Source: Hyphochytrium catenoides (Eukaryota; Protista; Hyphochytriomycota). Taken from it: 64,000 nt of DNA. Location: positions 1-64,000 of the forward strand of contig FLMG01004315.1 of NCBI GenBank assembly GCA_900088475.1, given 5' to 3'. The position numbers were made by a program, and so were the translations under genes. The notes below the pieces were generated by a model that did no database searches, was not told where the DNA came from, and saw only the letters and a program-made list of their open reading frames with translations. This document shows positions 26,287 through 39,000 of this stretch, in pieces (positions within the stretch are counted from its first letter, which is position 1; each line of letters starts with the position of its first letter).

Positions 26287-29200
26287 CCTAACAATTGCCT
26301 AACTGACCGCCTTCGAAGCGGGCGAGACCACCTGGCCTTTGCCGGCGTCTCTGCAAACAAGTCCCTTCTCCCTATCTCACAATCCTCCACCGGACTCGAC
26401 GACAACAAACTCAAAGTAAGAAGGCTCAGACAAGCATCGAACTGTAGGTGTCTCTCATTGTTGTCCTGCGCGCAAAGTCCCTTGAGCCGGTGTAGGAAGT
26501 TCTCAGGACAATTGAGCACGATAGCAAAGGCCTTTTGGCGGGAGATCAACCGCTTTCTTCCGTTAGCGGTATATCTAGAGCCGCTGACGGCATTATTGAG
26601 CCTTTTGGATGCAGATTTGTGTTCTGAACTTCGGATGTATGAAAATCCACCAGGAATCTTCAGATTGGCGGTTATTGCGCTGTTATTGCGGCTGAGGGAT
26701 GTTCGCTCCTTACGCATTGCCTTGACTGCTTTACTTGATACCAGGGGTGGACTGATAGCGTGGATCGCCAGGTTGGGCGGAGAGATGGGCCCTTCCTTGG
26801 AAGCCCAGCCGTGCGATGAGTTTATTCGTATTTGCAGTAGGAGTACAACGTTGGCCTTGAAGTACATTCGAGGTGGGTTAGGCTCTGAAGAAATGATAGC
26901 AGACTCTGGGCCTGCGGCTAATCACATTAAACAGAGAACCGCCACCTCGTGACGCAAATTCTGGCGTACCTCTCGAAAGCCAACGCAGTTCCTAATCTTA
27001 TAGACGCCGAGACTCGATGGATTAGGTACTAGATATATGCTTCATTTATCAAGAGCTGTTTCTGAGCTTCACTGGTGTTTAGGACCATTCGCCTCAACCA
27101 CCTTCCAATCAACTTCCAGCGGAACTTCCTGACCCTAGTCTCAATAGATAGCTCGCTGCTGCCGTGTCGGGAAATAAAGCAGCTATTGTTGGATTATGCT
27201 GTAGATCTAGGGCAGAGTAACCCTTCTAATTGCCAGGATCTGCGCACCAATATTGCCGACTCTTGGTGCTGGAACTTATGGTTGTGCCTGAACGATGAAC
27301 ACCAGCTCCTAAATGAAGAGCAGGTTCATCTCATACATGAGAAAGTGTGGAAAGCGGAGCCACTGGCCGCTGTCTTTTCTAGCCGACAAGATCAGAACTC
27401 CCAGCAAGAAGCCCAGGTCGCGGATGCTCCCTTGGTGGCTCACTCTTTTGAGGTATTCAACCATACAAACATTATGCGAAGTGCAGTGGCCAGTGGACTT
27501 AACTGGTCGTGGCAATGGTTAGCATATGCCAGATGTGCCGTGGTTGGGTTCCTCTGTTGGGCCAATACAATCTCAGCCATCACAAGGGGTTGGACTGAAG
27601 CGAAAGCGTGATGACGAGGTGGGACAGCCACCAATGCCTGCTTCACTGCTTGAGGAGGAGAACGAGGACGCGAAAGAGCAGGAGGGTAACTCTGAAGGCA
27701 CAGACGTTGGGCCAGGTATGGAAAAGAGGCACTAAGAAGTTGGTCAAGTCTGTCCTCTGATCGCCAAGGAGTCTAACGCTTCTTCGTGACTCTAGTATCT
27801 ACTCCTGAGAGCGTGCGTACCCTGAACTTAGAGGTAAAAACAAATTGTCAACCCCTTAGGCTGTGCTTCTTGGACTGACAATGGCTCTGGCACCTGATAG
27901 CTGCAGAGAAAGCTAGACAAACTAAGGCTGCTCCTGTCCTCTGTGGATGTACATGCCCCTGGCAATGAGGTTGGTTACCGACCGGTCTTGTGACCTGCCT
28001 GGTCATGATCTTCTTAAGACAAACCTGATAAAGATGTTTGCTGCTACTGCCGTTCCTGGTTATCCACCTGTCCAAGGACGGGAAGTATCATTCAGCCACA
28101 ACTCCATTGGCGCTCTTTCACGTCCAGTGATCTCTACATGGATGACAGGTCCAAAGCGCTAGCGAACAATTACTAGAGTTCCTCTCCACGGCTGAGCAAG
28201 AGTCGGTCTTGGAGGTGGCCATGTCTAGGCTGATGCTGCACACGCTAACGGATGAGGTCTGTCTGGCGCTCACGACGTAAGTGTCGACACTAACCACCTG
28301 TAAAGCAGGTGGTGTCTCACTCTCTGCAAAATGCAAGTTAAGCCTTCTTCTGTATGCCGCGCGAATCCCTTTTGCTCGCTGCAGTAAGGTCGTCGATATA
28401 AATGCTAATTTTGAGCTTTGTCTGAACTTTGTCCGATGGGCTCTATTCGAGAAAGTAAGTGGACGCCCAGAGGACTTAAACCGCTGTTGCTTTTGTTGTT
28501 TCTACGTCAACAAGTGAATACTCCCTTGTACGGCACACTCCTCCAGGCAGCGTTTCTGTCTTTTACATTTTCCTGGGAGTTGCCCAGGCTATAATCTCCG
28601 CTCTACTGCTTCATTTTGCGGCCAATTCCCTTTAGGAGTCCTGCATTGGAAGCAAAACTGAGTTCTCGCAAACTTGCAGGTCCGTCTTTTGGAGTCTCCG
28701 GCCTCCCGTATCCTTATGCAAGCTATCACGCACACGGGTACCGTGCACCCGAAGGTAAGAAAGCAGTGCTTGCGAAATTGCTCAACTGAAAAATAAAATC
28801 TTGGCCGCTAGGCTGTTGTCGATGCGCTTATAGTTCCAGTCATGCAACTACCACATTCTGTTCTGGGATCAGTTCAATGTGAAGTGGTAGTACGCCTGAT
28901 TCGGGAAGCACTAAGGAAGTAAGACAGTAGCAATATTGTCCATCCCTTTCAAGTTGGTCCCCGTCGGCCCTTTCTTTCGCAAAGCTATTCCTATGATAGA
29001 CATATTCTTTCGCAACTCTTCCCTTTGATAACACTTGTCTTTCTAGTAAGGATCAAACCTGTGGCTAAATGCACTCCTTGCAAGGATATAGGACTAACAC
29101 TCTCTTACAGAGAAGAGCTTCCATCAGTCTTAGAAAGAGTTCTGCTATCTTCATCCACACAAGATAGTGCTGAAGAGACTGAACCCCCGCTAAATGAGGT

Positions 29201-29879
29201 CCAACTACCAGTTTACCAGCAATTTCTTAACATGAAGGTGCCCTTGGGTCAGGTAATATGCTACAACTGAGGGAAGAGCGAACGCCTAATTTAGCGTGGC
29301 ACAGCAATAACTTTCTAAACTCCTTCATTGCGCCACCATTGTAATCGCGCATATTAAGAAGCGAACTTCTTGCTCCGATCCTACGCCCTCATTGTTCTGG
29401 TTCTCTCTCTCCTGTCTCTTTTCTCACCTTTCATCTCACTTTTTCATGTGCCAATGGTCTTTAGGAAGCTCTGATTGCATTAATTGAAAAGCTGGATGTC
29501 GCTTCCCAGCATCATGGCTTCGGCGCCTCTGTGAAGTTTTGCAACCTTGCCTTCGCACTCATAACAAAGTATCCCTCTCAGGTAGAACCGCGCAAGCAAT
29601 CTCACAGACAGCTTTCTTAGTCCTTGTCTCACTTCTGTCTATATTTGACCAAATGCTGGCTTCTGTCGGCTCCTTTATCATCACTTTGCTCTGGACAGAG
29701 CTTTTTACGAAAAGAAAATAGTCACATCCAAACCCAGGCCCGCCTTTCATCATTGTAGCTTGTACTAACCGTTAGATGTTTAGATTCAGCCATATCAAGG
29801 AGCTCTGAGGCAGATTCTAAGCAGGTGTACGGGCATGATGGCGAAAGCCGCCCTGAAGGCGCTAGACAAGCCACGCTGA
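26254..29879 (+). CDS. FANCE: Fanconi anemia group E protein homolog
   Basis: Spliced segments match recalled FANCE motifs: LNHLPINFQRNFLTLV (cf. LLRLPRICQRNLMSLL), GLKRKR, LESPASRILMQAI, AVVDALIVPV..LGSVQCEVVVRLIRE, SVKFCNLAFALITKYP, TGMMAKAALKAL*. The start is uncertain (ATG 26218, 26254 or 26635). Confidence 0.82.
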
Positions 29880-30093
29880 CAACCGTATCGCACAGGGCTT
29901 AGTGTTCGTTAAGGTGGTCAATGCCGCAACGATCACTGCATGCTAAGGGTATAAAAATCCCAGGAAACCAGTACTTCTTAGATAACGGGCATATAAATAA
30001 GTTAACCACAAATGCTCGCCTGTATCACAGCTCTTATCGTCACCGTCTGCTCCTTCCTTCGCAACGACTCGCTTGCCTCCTAAGTTGCACTAT

Positions 30094-33000
30094 CTATGCC
30101 TTGTACTTGCTCAAGTCTAGCTTCTGTCCTCTTGTCTGCGCCTTCGCTGTTGGTCTGTTACCAGCTACTGCTGCTCGAAGGGAGGACTCTAGCAGGTGAC
30201 GGTTACCAGGGCTAAGCGCAGAAACCTCCTAAAGGGTATGACGGCCAGCAAGAGAATAACGACGGCATGAGAAGGTGAACGAGCGTTGGCAGATTCCGTC
30301 AGCTCGCATGCTAGAAAGAGAGAGAAGAGCTAGGGGAGGTGGCTATCCTGCTTGAGAAGTATGAAACTGAAAGTTGAGTTGAGCCAAGTGAAAAGAATGT
30401 CAAAGATACATAAAGCCACACAACGCAGATGGAGGCAGAGCCATTTACAGGTAAAGCACAAACAACCCAGGATAGCATGTAAACCCTACCGCTTTGAAGG
30501 CCACAGAAGCTGTCATGGCCAAATGAAGCACAGTCGATAGTGTCAAAGCCCTAAGACTCTCATCCTGGCCATGAAACAAGAGAGAAAAAAGACAACCAGG
30601 TAAGACATGGGAGATATTGTAGTCAATGCCGCCGCACCCGGTGCCCTCACAGGAAGATGATTGCTGTCTTACCTCGCTATTGTTGGCTAGGATGGGCAGA
30701 ATGAGGCCTAGAAGAATATGGATGAGAGGCCCTTGATGGGCTTCGGAGACGAGCGAGGAAGAAAGAAGCAAAAGCTTAAGACATTCCTGCTTAAGAAGCG
30801 ATTGCTCTTGCAACCCCTTCTCCCTTTTCTCTCTTAAATCTCCTATGCTTTCTTCTGGATGCTCTTGGTCTGCACCCTTGATCATAGCCACTAAATCTGG
30901 CCCCAGCACTTTCAGGTAGGCTCCAGCGACAGGCTTGAAGTCAGCATTAGCCAGCCCCCTCTGAAGAAATAGCCTGAGGGTTTCCAGAGCTGCTCTCTTT
31001 TTCTCGTACTCTCGAGGTCTATTGTGGCTGGGTTCTAACACCTTCTTATAGACGTTGAGCAGCAGTCCCTGGGCCTCCTCATTTAGGGTTAACAAAGGGT
31101 CCGCGAGAAGGATTGAGGTCCCAACCACTAGCAACCGGGTAAGCTTTCGCGAGGCCGAAGGTGCGGAAGAAGACACGTGGCTTTCCTCCTCCAATAGCGA
31201 GATTGAGAGGGTGGCGACATCACTCAGAGTGGCCAGCATCATCTGAACGATGTCCTCAGTCACCCGCTCGCCCTTCCTCACGGAGGCTGAAGTTTCTTCA
31301 AGCAGTCCGAGAGAGAGAGAAAGTAGCTCTGGCTTATCATACAGACTCTCGTCCAGAGCAACGGAGAGGGTGGTCTCTAATGCGACAAGACATAACGTTG
31401 AGAACAGCTCGTCCTCAAAAGAGGAGGACTGCGCACTAAGGACCTTGAGTGCTTCTTGATCCGCGGTGGGTTCAGTAGGAGGCATAGAGGACCGTTGAGA
31501 AGTCACGAGGACAAGAAGTTCTCGCATTGACTTCAATCCCAACTCCAAGACACCTTCGCTATACCCTTGGCTGCAAAATCGCGAAACAGTGATTGGCAGT
31601 CAGGAACTCCGTAGGACAAACAAAGTAGAAGATCTCTACTCTTAGATTCACGTAACAGCAAGCCTTGTCAGCTATAACTGATCGCCTTCCTTACCTATCA
31701 ATGGAATTTATTGTCTTGACCCCTGTCTGTGCGGCTACCAGACGATTAAAGTTCAGTCTTTGTTGCAGGCGCGGTAGGCATAGGACGATGGGTCGCAATA
31801 CCGCTTGCAGGGCGGTCTCTAGCATCTCTGCCACCTGATCCCTGTCACCTGGTTCATGGAAGCGTTTATGAGAGAAAAGGCAAGAGATTGGTGAGGTGAG
31901 CGAAGCATGAGAGACTTTGGAGAGTTGGTGTCCAGAGATGTCTAGCGCAAAGCATTGAACTGCTTGCAAAGATTCTCTTTGAGCTGATGAATAAGGGAAA
32001 GATGTCAAAAGGGTGGAGCCAGGTGCAACAAAGGATCAGACTGTGGGTTGACTAGAGCGATGGTATCGTGCTTCTTGCGTGGAGCTACCTTCGCTAATGA
32101 AAGAGCTTCCACTGCCATTCTGCGAGAAGAATTGGTGTATAAAGCGGAGAACAGCCAGTTGTTCCTGTGAAATGTTTCCAATAGGAGACTCAGGGGCAGG
32201 TAGGTGCGCAGTAAACTATAGGTGGTACTAGGGAGGACACCGAAACCTTGAAAATGAAGATAAGCCAATATTCCATCAGAGAGATTGACTTTAGTTGCCA
32301 TGTTGTGTCTGTGCCCAAGACAAGAGCTCGAAAGCCATCACCGCGGGGTGAGACTGAGTAGGCGGGATAAGCAGGGTGATGAAGACTGACTACCTGTGGT
32401 GACCCATGCAAGACTGTACTGTCTGAAAGTATGCGAAGTAGGTCTAACACGGCAACTACGCTTAGGTATTCGGGATGGATGTACTGCAGCGAGAGGTCTG
32501 TGAGAGCTTCTAAGCAGCAGATGGTACTCTCCTTGCCCTGTGCGTCGGTCGGAGACTGCGCAAGTGCGCAAAGGCACGAAGATAAAAGAATCTGGCAAGA
32601 GGACAGGAGTGTTGGTAAAGGGAGAGCGGGCGAGGAACGCTTGGACTTCATCTGTTGCTGCTAGCCAAAAGAACGGGCGGAAGAGCAGCGAGAAGCGATT
32701 AGTTAGGCAAGTTTGACCACATCGGTTCAACCATAAAGAAGAATCATAGGATGTTCGACCGCAGGAAGATAGGAAAGAAAATAGTGCCATAACAATAAGA
32801 CGACTGTCAGTCAACCTGCTGAGCTGCGAGCATGTGAGCTCAATTAGTGCCACCGAGAAATGGGATGGGACGTTGCAAAGGAGAGAAGAAGGGTAAAGAC
32901 AGGTTTTGGGGAAAACGGTCGACTTGACAGAGCTAACTGACAAACGATCTACCCTCAGAGAGCTGCACGAAGGAAAAAGAAAGAGAGGACAGTCACCTTG

Positions 33001-36000
33001 ACAGCTTTCAAGTCCTCTACAGTTACATGGGCAGCGGCCTTGGCCATAACTGTCCAGCCCTTCCCATACATTGGTTTGACGAATCGCTTCGACCCAGCTG
33101 TGAAAAATGCTCCTCCCACGGCCTCCGCAACCTCCTCGTCCATCAACCGGGGCCAATGACCCGTCCCTACAATCAGAGACGCACAAATACCCCGGAAGCA
33201 ATTGCGGATAGCGGGAGACCGTGTAAGATTGTCTCTTGCGACATTGCCGTTTAAGCAGTAAAGACAGATAGCAGTAAACAGGAGACTCAAAGAAACAGAA
33301 CGTCTAAAAGCTTCACCAATATAGCTACTTACCTTGAACTAAGATAGCATAGTCCTTCACCACTGATAGCCAGTGCTTACATAGGGAGGGAAGAAGAGAT
33401 CTCAGTGCCTTTCTCAGCGCAGCAGCAGTCGCTTGTCTCCCGCTGCCCATACTATGACCTCCTGACTGGCCTTCATCGCCGCCGTCTTGCCCATCTTCTG
33501 TGTAGGAGGTCGCAAAATTGTGCAATCTTGCAGCTGCAGTAAGGCGTGCGAGGTGCAACTGGGTAGCAACGTTCTCCTGGTAATTAGAGGCTACGGGAAG
33601 AGACACAGAGTCCAAGGCCTCCGGCAGGAGCATCTGGTACCCACGAGAGCCATTACGGTCGAAACAGAAAGGATGGGAATGGGGCCAATTGAGAGGATAC
33701 AGGGGACAGATAAAGCAAAGTGAGTCAGCGGACAAGGGGACAAGGAACCGGTGAGCTATGGCGAGATCAAAATCCCGGACAGACAGGGAAGTTTCCAAAT
33801 AACGAAGGCACAAAACTAATCTCGATGTGGATCCTCTATCCGCTATCCCAGGATGAACTCTTTTAATATATGTCTAACGCGCTCCATTGTCCGTTCCTCA
33901 GGTTCACGACATCCCACATAGAGCCTCTAAATACCCTGACCTTGATTATGCGCCTGAGCACCACTCCATCCTCTATTAGGCCTTCCTGCACTAGTAAAGC
34001 AGCTAGTCCGCAGCCCTCCACCGTCAGAAAGGGTAAGAGTGCAGGGTGGGAAAAAGCATTCCGAAGAGACGAAACAATTTGTGCCTCATACTGTCGCAGA
34101 ATGCTCGCAGGAACGTCCGAGTCAGGGTCACATATCCTGGGGACCAGCCCAACAGGATAGCGTCAGAACGGGGGATCAAAGTAAAGTCCAGATACCATGT
34201 TGAGGTGTAGATGGGATAGAGCTCCGGTAATACAGAAAATGAGCAGAGCCAATATCAGGCGCCCACAAGCGCCCCAGGGGAATGTCACAAGCCTTAGACC
34301 TCTCTAAAATGCAAAAGAAAGACAAGCCAGCTGCCTAGTAGAAAAGAATGGACGCAAAGCCGTACCTTGCAAAGGACGCGACTATACTCTGCAGTAACTT
34401 AACACCTTGCACCTGCATAGCTGGTAGGTCAAGGCTTTCTGTCGTCGCGGTAGCTGAGGCACAGGCCAGGGCCATGATATCATCAAGGTACATGCTGAGG
34501 AATGTGCCCTTGTGTCCTGTAACAGAGAGTATGAGACAGAAAAGTACATTAAGTAGAAATGCGAAACGACAACTTGTGGGAGATTTGATGTCTGGGAACG
34601 GTGGGAAGGGAAAATGGCTCAACGTAGAGTCTGAGATGCAGCAGGCACCGCCGTAATGATCTTGCCTTTGCACGCGAGTTGCCCCAAAGCGGAAAGGAGT
34701 ACAGAAGACCAGCCACTTTGAACAATGTGCCCAAAGGAAGACTTCTCTCACCATTATTGATACTCTTCCTGGCAAGGCTAAGGTCAAGATTCTCCCTGTT
34801 CCCAGAGCTAACAACATCTTCTAGCACTTGGAGAACGCACCGAAGTGCGAGGAGTTTGCTTTGCCATCTCATAGGTGGGAGGGAGCGGGATAGCAGAAGC
34901 GCTCGAGACCTCGCCTCCATACATAGGGCGTGGTAGGATGAAGAAGTGGATGGTCCTCCGCGTGGTGAAAGCTGAATGTGCACAGAGGAAAGTTAGGACC
35001 AGATGAGCCGCCAGAAAGTCGCAAAACGTGGAGCAGGCATAGCACTGGTAAAAGCATTACAGGACGAAGCCATAGACAGTGAGGGCAGCAAGGACTGACC
35101 TCTCCCACTACTGCTTCTCCAGCAGTAGGGGAAATGGCTGTGGGCATAGCTCCGCTGGCGTTGGACCCTCCCCCCGTCACTGCAGCCTTACAAAAGAGCA
35201 CCCAATGGACTGGACGACCACCATGCCGGTGGCCACCTAGTGAAGGGCGACCGTACAAAAGAAAGGCATTGAGACGGGGAAGGTTTACTCTGGCATAGAG
35301 TATAGGAGAATAGGCACTGTTCTGAACACATTTGGAGAAGACTCCGGGCTATCCAGAGGCACAGAGTGGACCAAAGAAAGGGAGGTAGAACAATTACCGT
35401 CGATCTCAACAAGAGTTTGCAACGTGGTGACAATATCGCCCTGCATTTCTTGCAAGTCCCGACTAGCAAGCGGCGCGTCGTTGTTTACAGTCGCAAGGTA
35501 TGTCAAAGAAGGGGATCGCACCCAACCCGATGAACTGAGGAGAACGTGATGCCGTCCGCGTGGCCGAGAAGGACAGAGAGACGCGAGAAACAAAAGATTG
35601 GTATTAAGGCTTCTACAACGAGAAACAGTGATCTAAGAATAACCGAGGGAGAGGCGGAAAAAACATTTGACCATCACGCGTGATGAGGAGAGACGTGGAT
35701 GGAAGTACAGATCAACGGAGAAGCCAAGAAGAAACGAGTGAGATTACTGAGATGGGCGAGACCGCGAAAGAGGAAAAGCGTGGATAGGTCACCTTCCAAG
35801 CTCCTCTGCTAGCCGCAGCAAAACGAGATCTAGATTCTGCTCCTTAATGACCGTCGGGTCGCGCTCGGCGAGTCGCCTAAAGCAGGATACTGAACAATCT
35901 TTATGTTAGTGCATGAGCATACCAGAATTGGTTCAGTTTCGCCTCAAATCAGCTCGCTCTTCCATTCAGCTCCCTCTTGCTCAGAGGATGGCTACCTCTG

Positions 36001-39000
36001 TTCACCTGCTGGGTCTATCACCGTCTTCGACGGCTGTCTCACCTGCGACTCTTCTGCAACCGTAAGGTAAATCACTGTTGAAGAGCTGTTCGTGCAGATA
36101 AGGCAACATCTGCGGACGATTTAGCGCTTTCGGGGCAAAAAGCGCTAGATGCTGGAAAACGGAAGAGCAACGGGACTTAGACAGACATTGGGAACGCCAA
36201 AAAGACTGACCTGAGAGCAGTGTTCATTTTGGATAGTTCTACTCTCATGCCGCGCTTTCAACCTATCTATTCCTAGCTTAAACTCTGTCGCACCTCTACA
36301 AGGCGCAGACACTCTTGCTGCACAGCAGGCTCCATCTTTCTATGGACCAACTCCCATACAGCCAGGGTCTCGTCCAGAAAACTCCGGCTAAAGGAAACCT
36401 CAGGCCCCAGGGCTGAGACAATTGCGTTTAACAGGCGGGCTACGACCGCGGCGAGCCCTAACAGACGGACATTTTGGGGGACGGTTTTTCAGCGATTACC
36501 AACCACTTCGCAAGGTGAGCATGTGGATAGATCTCAGTGAGAATAAGGGGTAAGAGAGATCGTTGGCGGCAAATGAAGGTGTCGTAAGCATCTCATCTCT
36601 CCATCTCTCTATCCTCATCTTTTTCCCGCTTTCTCACATCACCCTTCCACTGAATTGTCGTAACCTAGCTTTCTCAATTATATACCTGTGTCATGAAGTC
36701 CTCCTTCCGTTGGAGAGAGGGTAATGTCTGCAAGGATGTGTGCATCGATCAGCGAAAAGGTGCTCTTGATATACTGCTCAAACTCCGACCCGACCGCCTG
36801 CAGAGAAAAATCATGGGGGAAATGCTGTCAGCACAAGCGGTCAGTTGGCAGAACTATGCCCTGAGAAAGTCGATTAGAAGGGTTGCGGCAAAGTGAAGCG
36901 CACCAGGAATGCGCAGTCATCGGCCCGACGCGCGACCTAGTTTGAGAGAGGAGATGTGGTTGAAGACAAGGATACGCAGTCATTTTTAGCTAGTCTACCA
37001 TTGAGTCCAAGATGGTCCCCCACGCATGCAGGGCAGTGGTGCGAAGAGGCTGAGCGAGGTCACTGCATGCTTTGTAAAGCAAGCTGGTGTCGATTTGTAC
37101 TCCTGCCCCTCCTCCTTTTCTTTTGAGCAGCGCAAGACACAGCACAGCCCCAGCCTTGGCGTACAAGGAGCTTGAAGCAGATGTAGCATTCGTAGGACTT
37201 TTTTTCCCTTCGTCCCTACCACGGTGTTGGAGAAAGAGGAGATGCATGGTTAAAGCTACTCAACGCAGAGGATCTGTATGGGTTCACAACAAAAACCACA
37301 GTTATGCAGATATACTTAAACCCATTGCGAGGACTCGTGAACAGAGCAGCTCTATAGGGACGACTGGTGACGAGATGGGACAAATGGGCAGAAGATTAGA
37401 CGCTGCGAAGGCTCACTTAAGAATTGCTTCTGTCTGTTTGGTCAGCGCGACCAGAAAATCGGCCCCGAAGTGCAGACCCAAGGACGTCAACGATTCGGCG
37501 GCACTGCGACGCAGTACAGTGCGCGGGCTACCGAGCATGCCTGATGGAACTAAAACTGAGATGGCTTTGAAGATGGCGCAGGGAAGAGATAAAATATAGC
37601 ATGGACGTAGACTTGCACGACCGAACTAATGGCCATATTATAAGCTGTCCCAATGTCCTACGAATAGTGAGGAATGTAAAGAGATGGGCGCACCTATGAG
37701 TAAAGGCTGAAGCATCTGTCCCCAGGCTTCTCCAACTTTGCTGTCTCCCTTTCGTGCTTGCAATAGCCGCAAAGAAGCGTAGATGGCGGTGGCGACGTTA
37801 AATGCGCATACATTGGCTACAGGCATGACCCCCTGTTGCATGGGTGCGGACCCAAACAGAAATGGCGGGATCGTTGACAGAACAGAGGTACGGAGGAAAG
37901 AGGAGTGAGGCTCACAGCGGATAGAAGCTGCGTTCTTTCTGTGCTCTTTGCAGATGCTATGGGAGAACGATACCGGCTATGATGCCTGTAGAAACTCATC
38001 AACAACGCTAGAACTGCCCCACGGTTCACACCGACTTACTGCACTACAGTCCCGTTCCTCTACTTGCTAAAAAGTTTTACTTTACGCCCTACCTGTGCCT
38101 GCCTGTTGGCAGCGTCTGAAATCTTGATAGCTGATGCAAGCATTTGAACTAGCTCCAGCTTCTTGGGAGCCGTGACTTCTTGAAACAATTCTGCAAAGAG
38201 AATAATTGCGGCATCAACAAGCTTGATCTGTAAGAAGAGTAGGAGTGTTGACAGAAAAAGGAACTTTAGTGCTTTGTACGTAGAGCGTCGGTCGTTCTAT
38301 CACGCTTTAGCTGTACTAGCATTCGCTAGACAATTCTCTTCACCCCCTTGAGCAGTAGCCTTTACCCCCAGTGTCCGCATTCAGTCTCGTCAAAGCCTCC
38401 CTTCTTTTCTTGAAATTTGCGTCTACATTCCCCCTTCTTTTTACAGCTCGGCAGAAGCTGCTTTTATATTTAACCTGTCTTTCGTTCTTAAGCATCAATC
38501 CTTCTCCTGCCGTTAGCACAATCGAATGGCTCCTCTACTCCCTACACTAGCAAGACGGTCTCCCAATATCGCGTCAGTACCTGTGTGAAGCCATTGCTGA
38601 TGCACTTCTGCAGGCGATTGGCTCGGCTCCCTTCCAATAGGCCCTGAGACGACGTCCACCAGAGCTGGTTCAGGACAGCATTCTCCCACTCCATGTCGGA
38701 TAGCGTTGCGGCCGAAAGGAGTGAGAGAGAGAAGAGAGTATGATGACTCGCTGTAGTAGCCGAGCCCAGGTCAGCAAGGCGAAGAGACGAAGCAGACGAT
38801 AGAAGGTCGTTCTCCTTCGACAGGGTCTGCGTCAGTAGGGAGGACTCTGTCTGGATGGACTGGGTCTGAATGGCCGAAATGATATACAAGCAAAAATAAA
38901 TGTCAACCGAGAACAACAGCTTTGGCCGCAACTTTTCAGCTTGAACAGCAAAACAGTGTAAGTCAGAAGCGCTACTTCAGGAAGATATTGTGGATGAAGG

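Noticed and set aside
26254-29879. Initial guess of a kinetochore CENP-I/Mis6-type helical protein
   Set aside because: Spliced motifs (QRNFLTL, SPASRIL, ITKYP, KAALKAL) fit FANCE much better.
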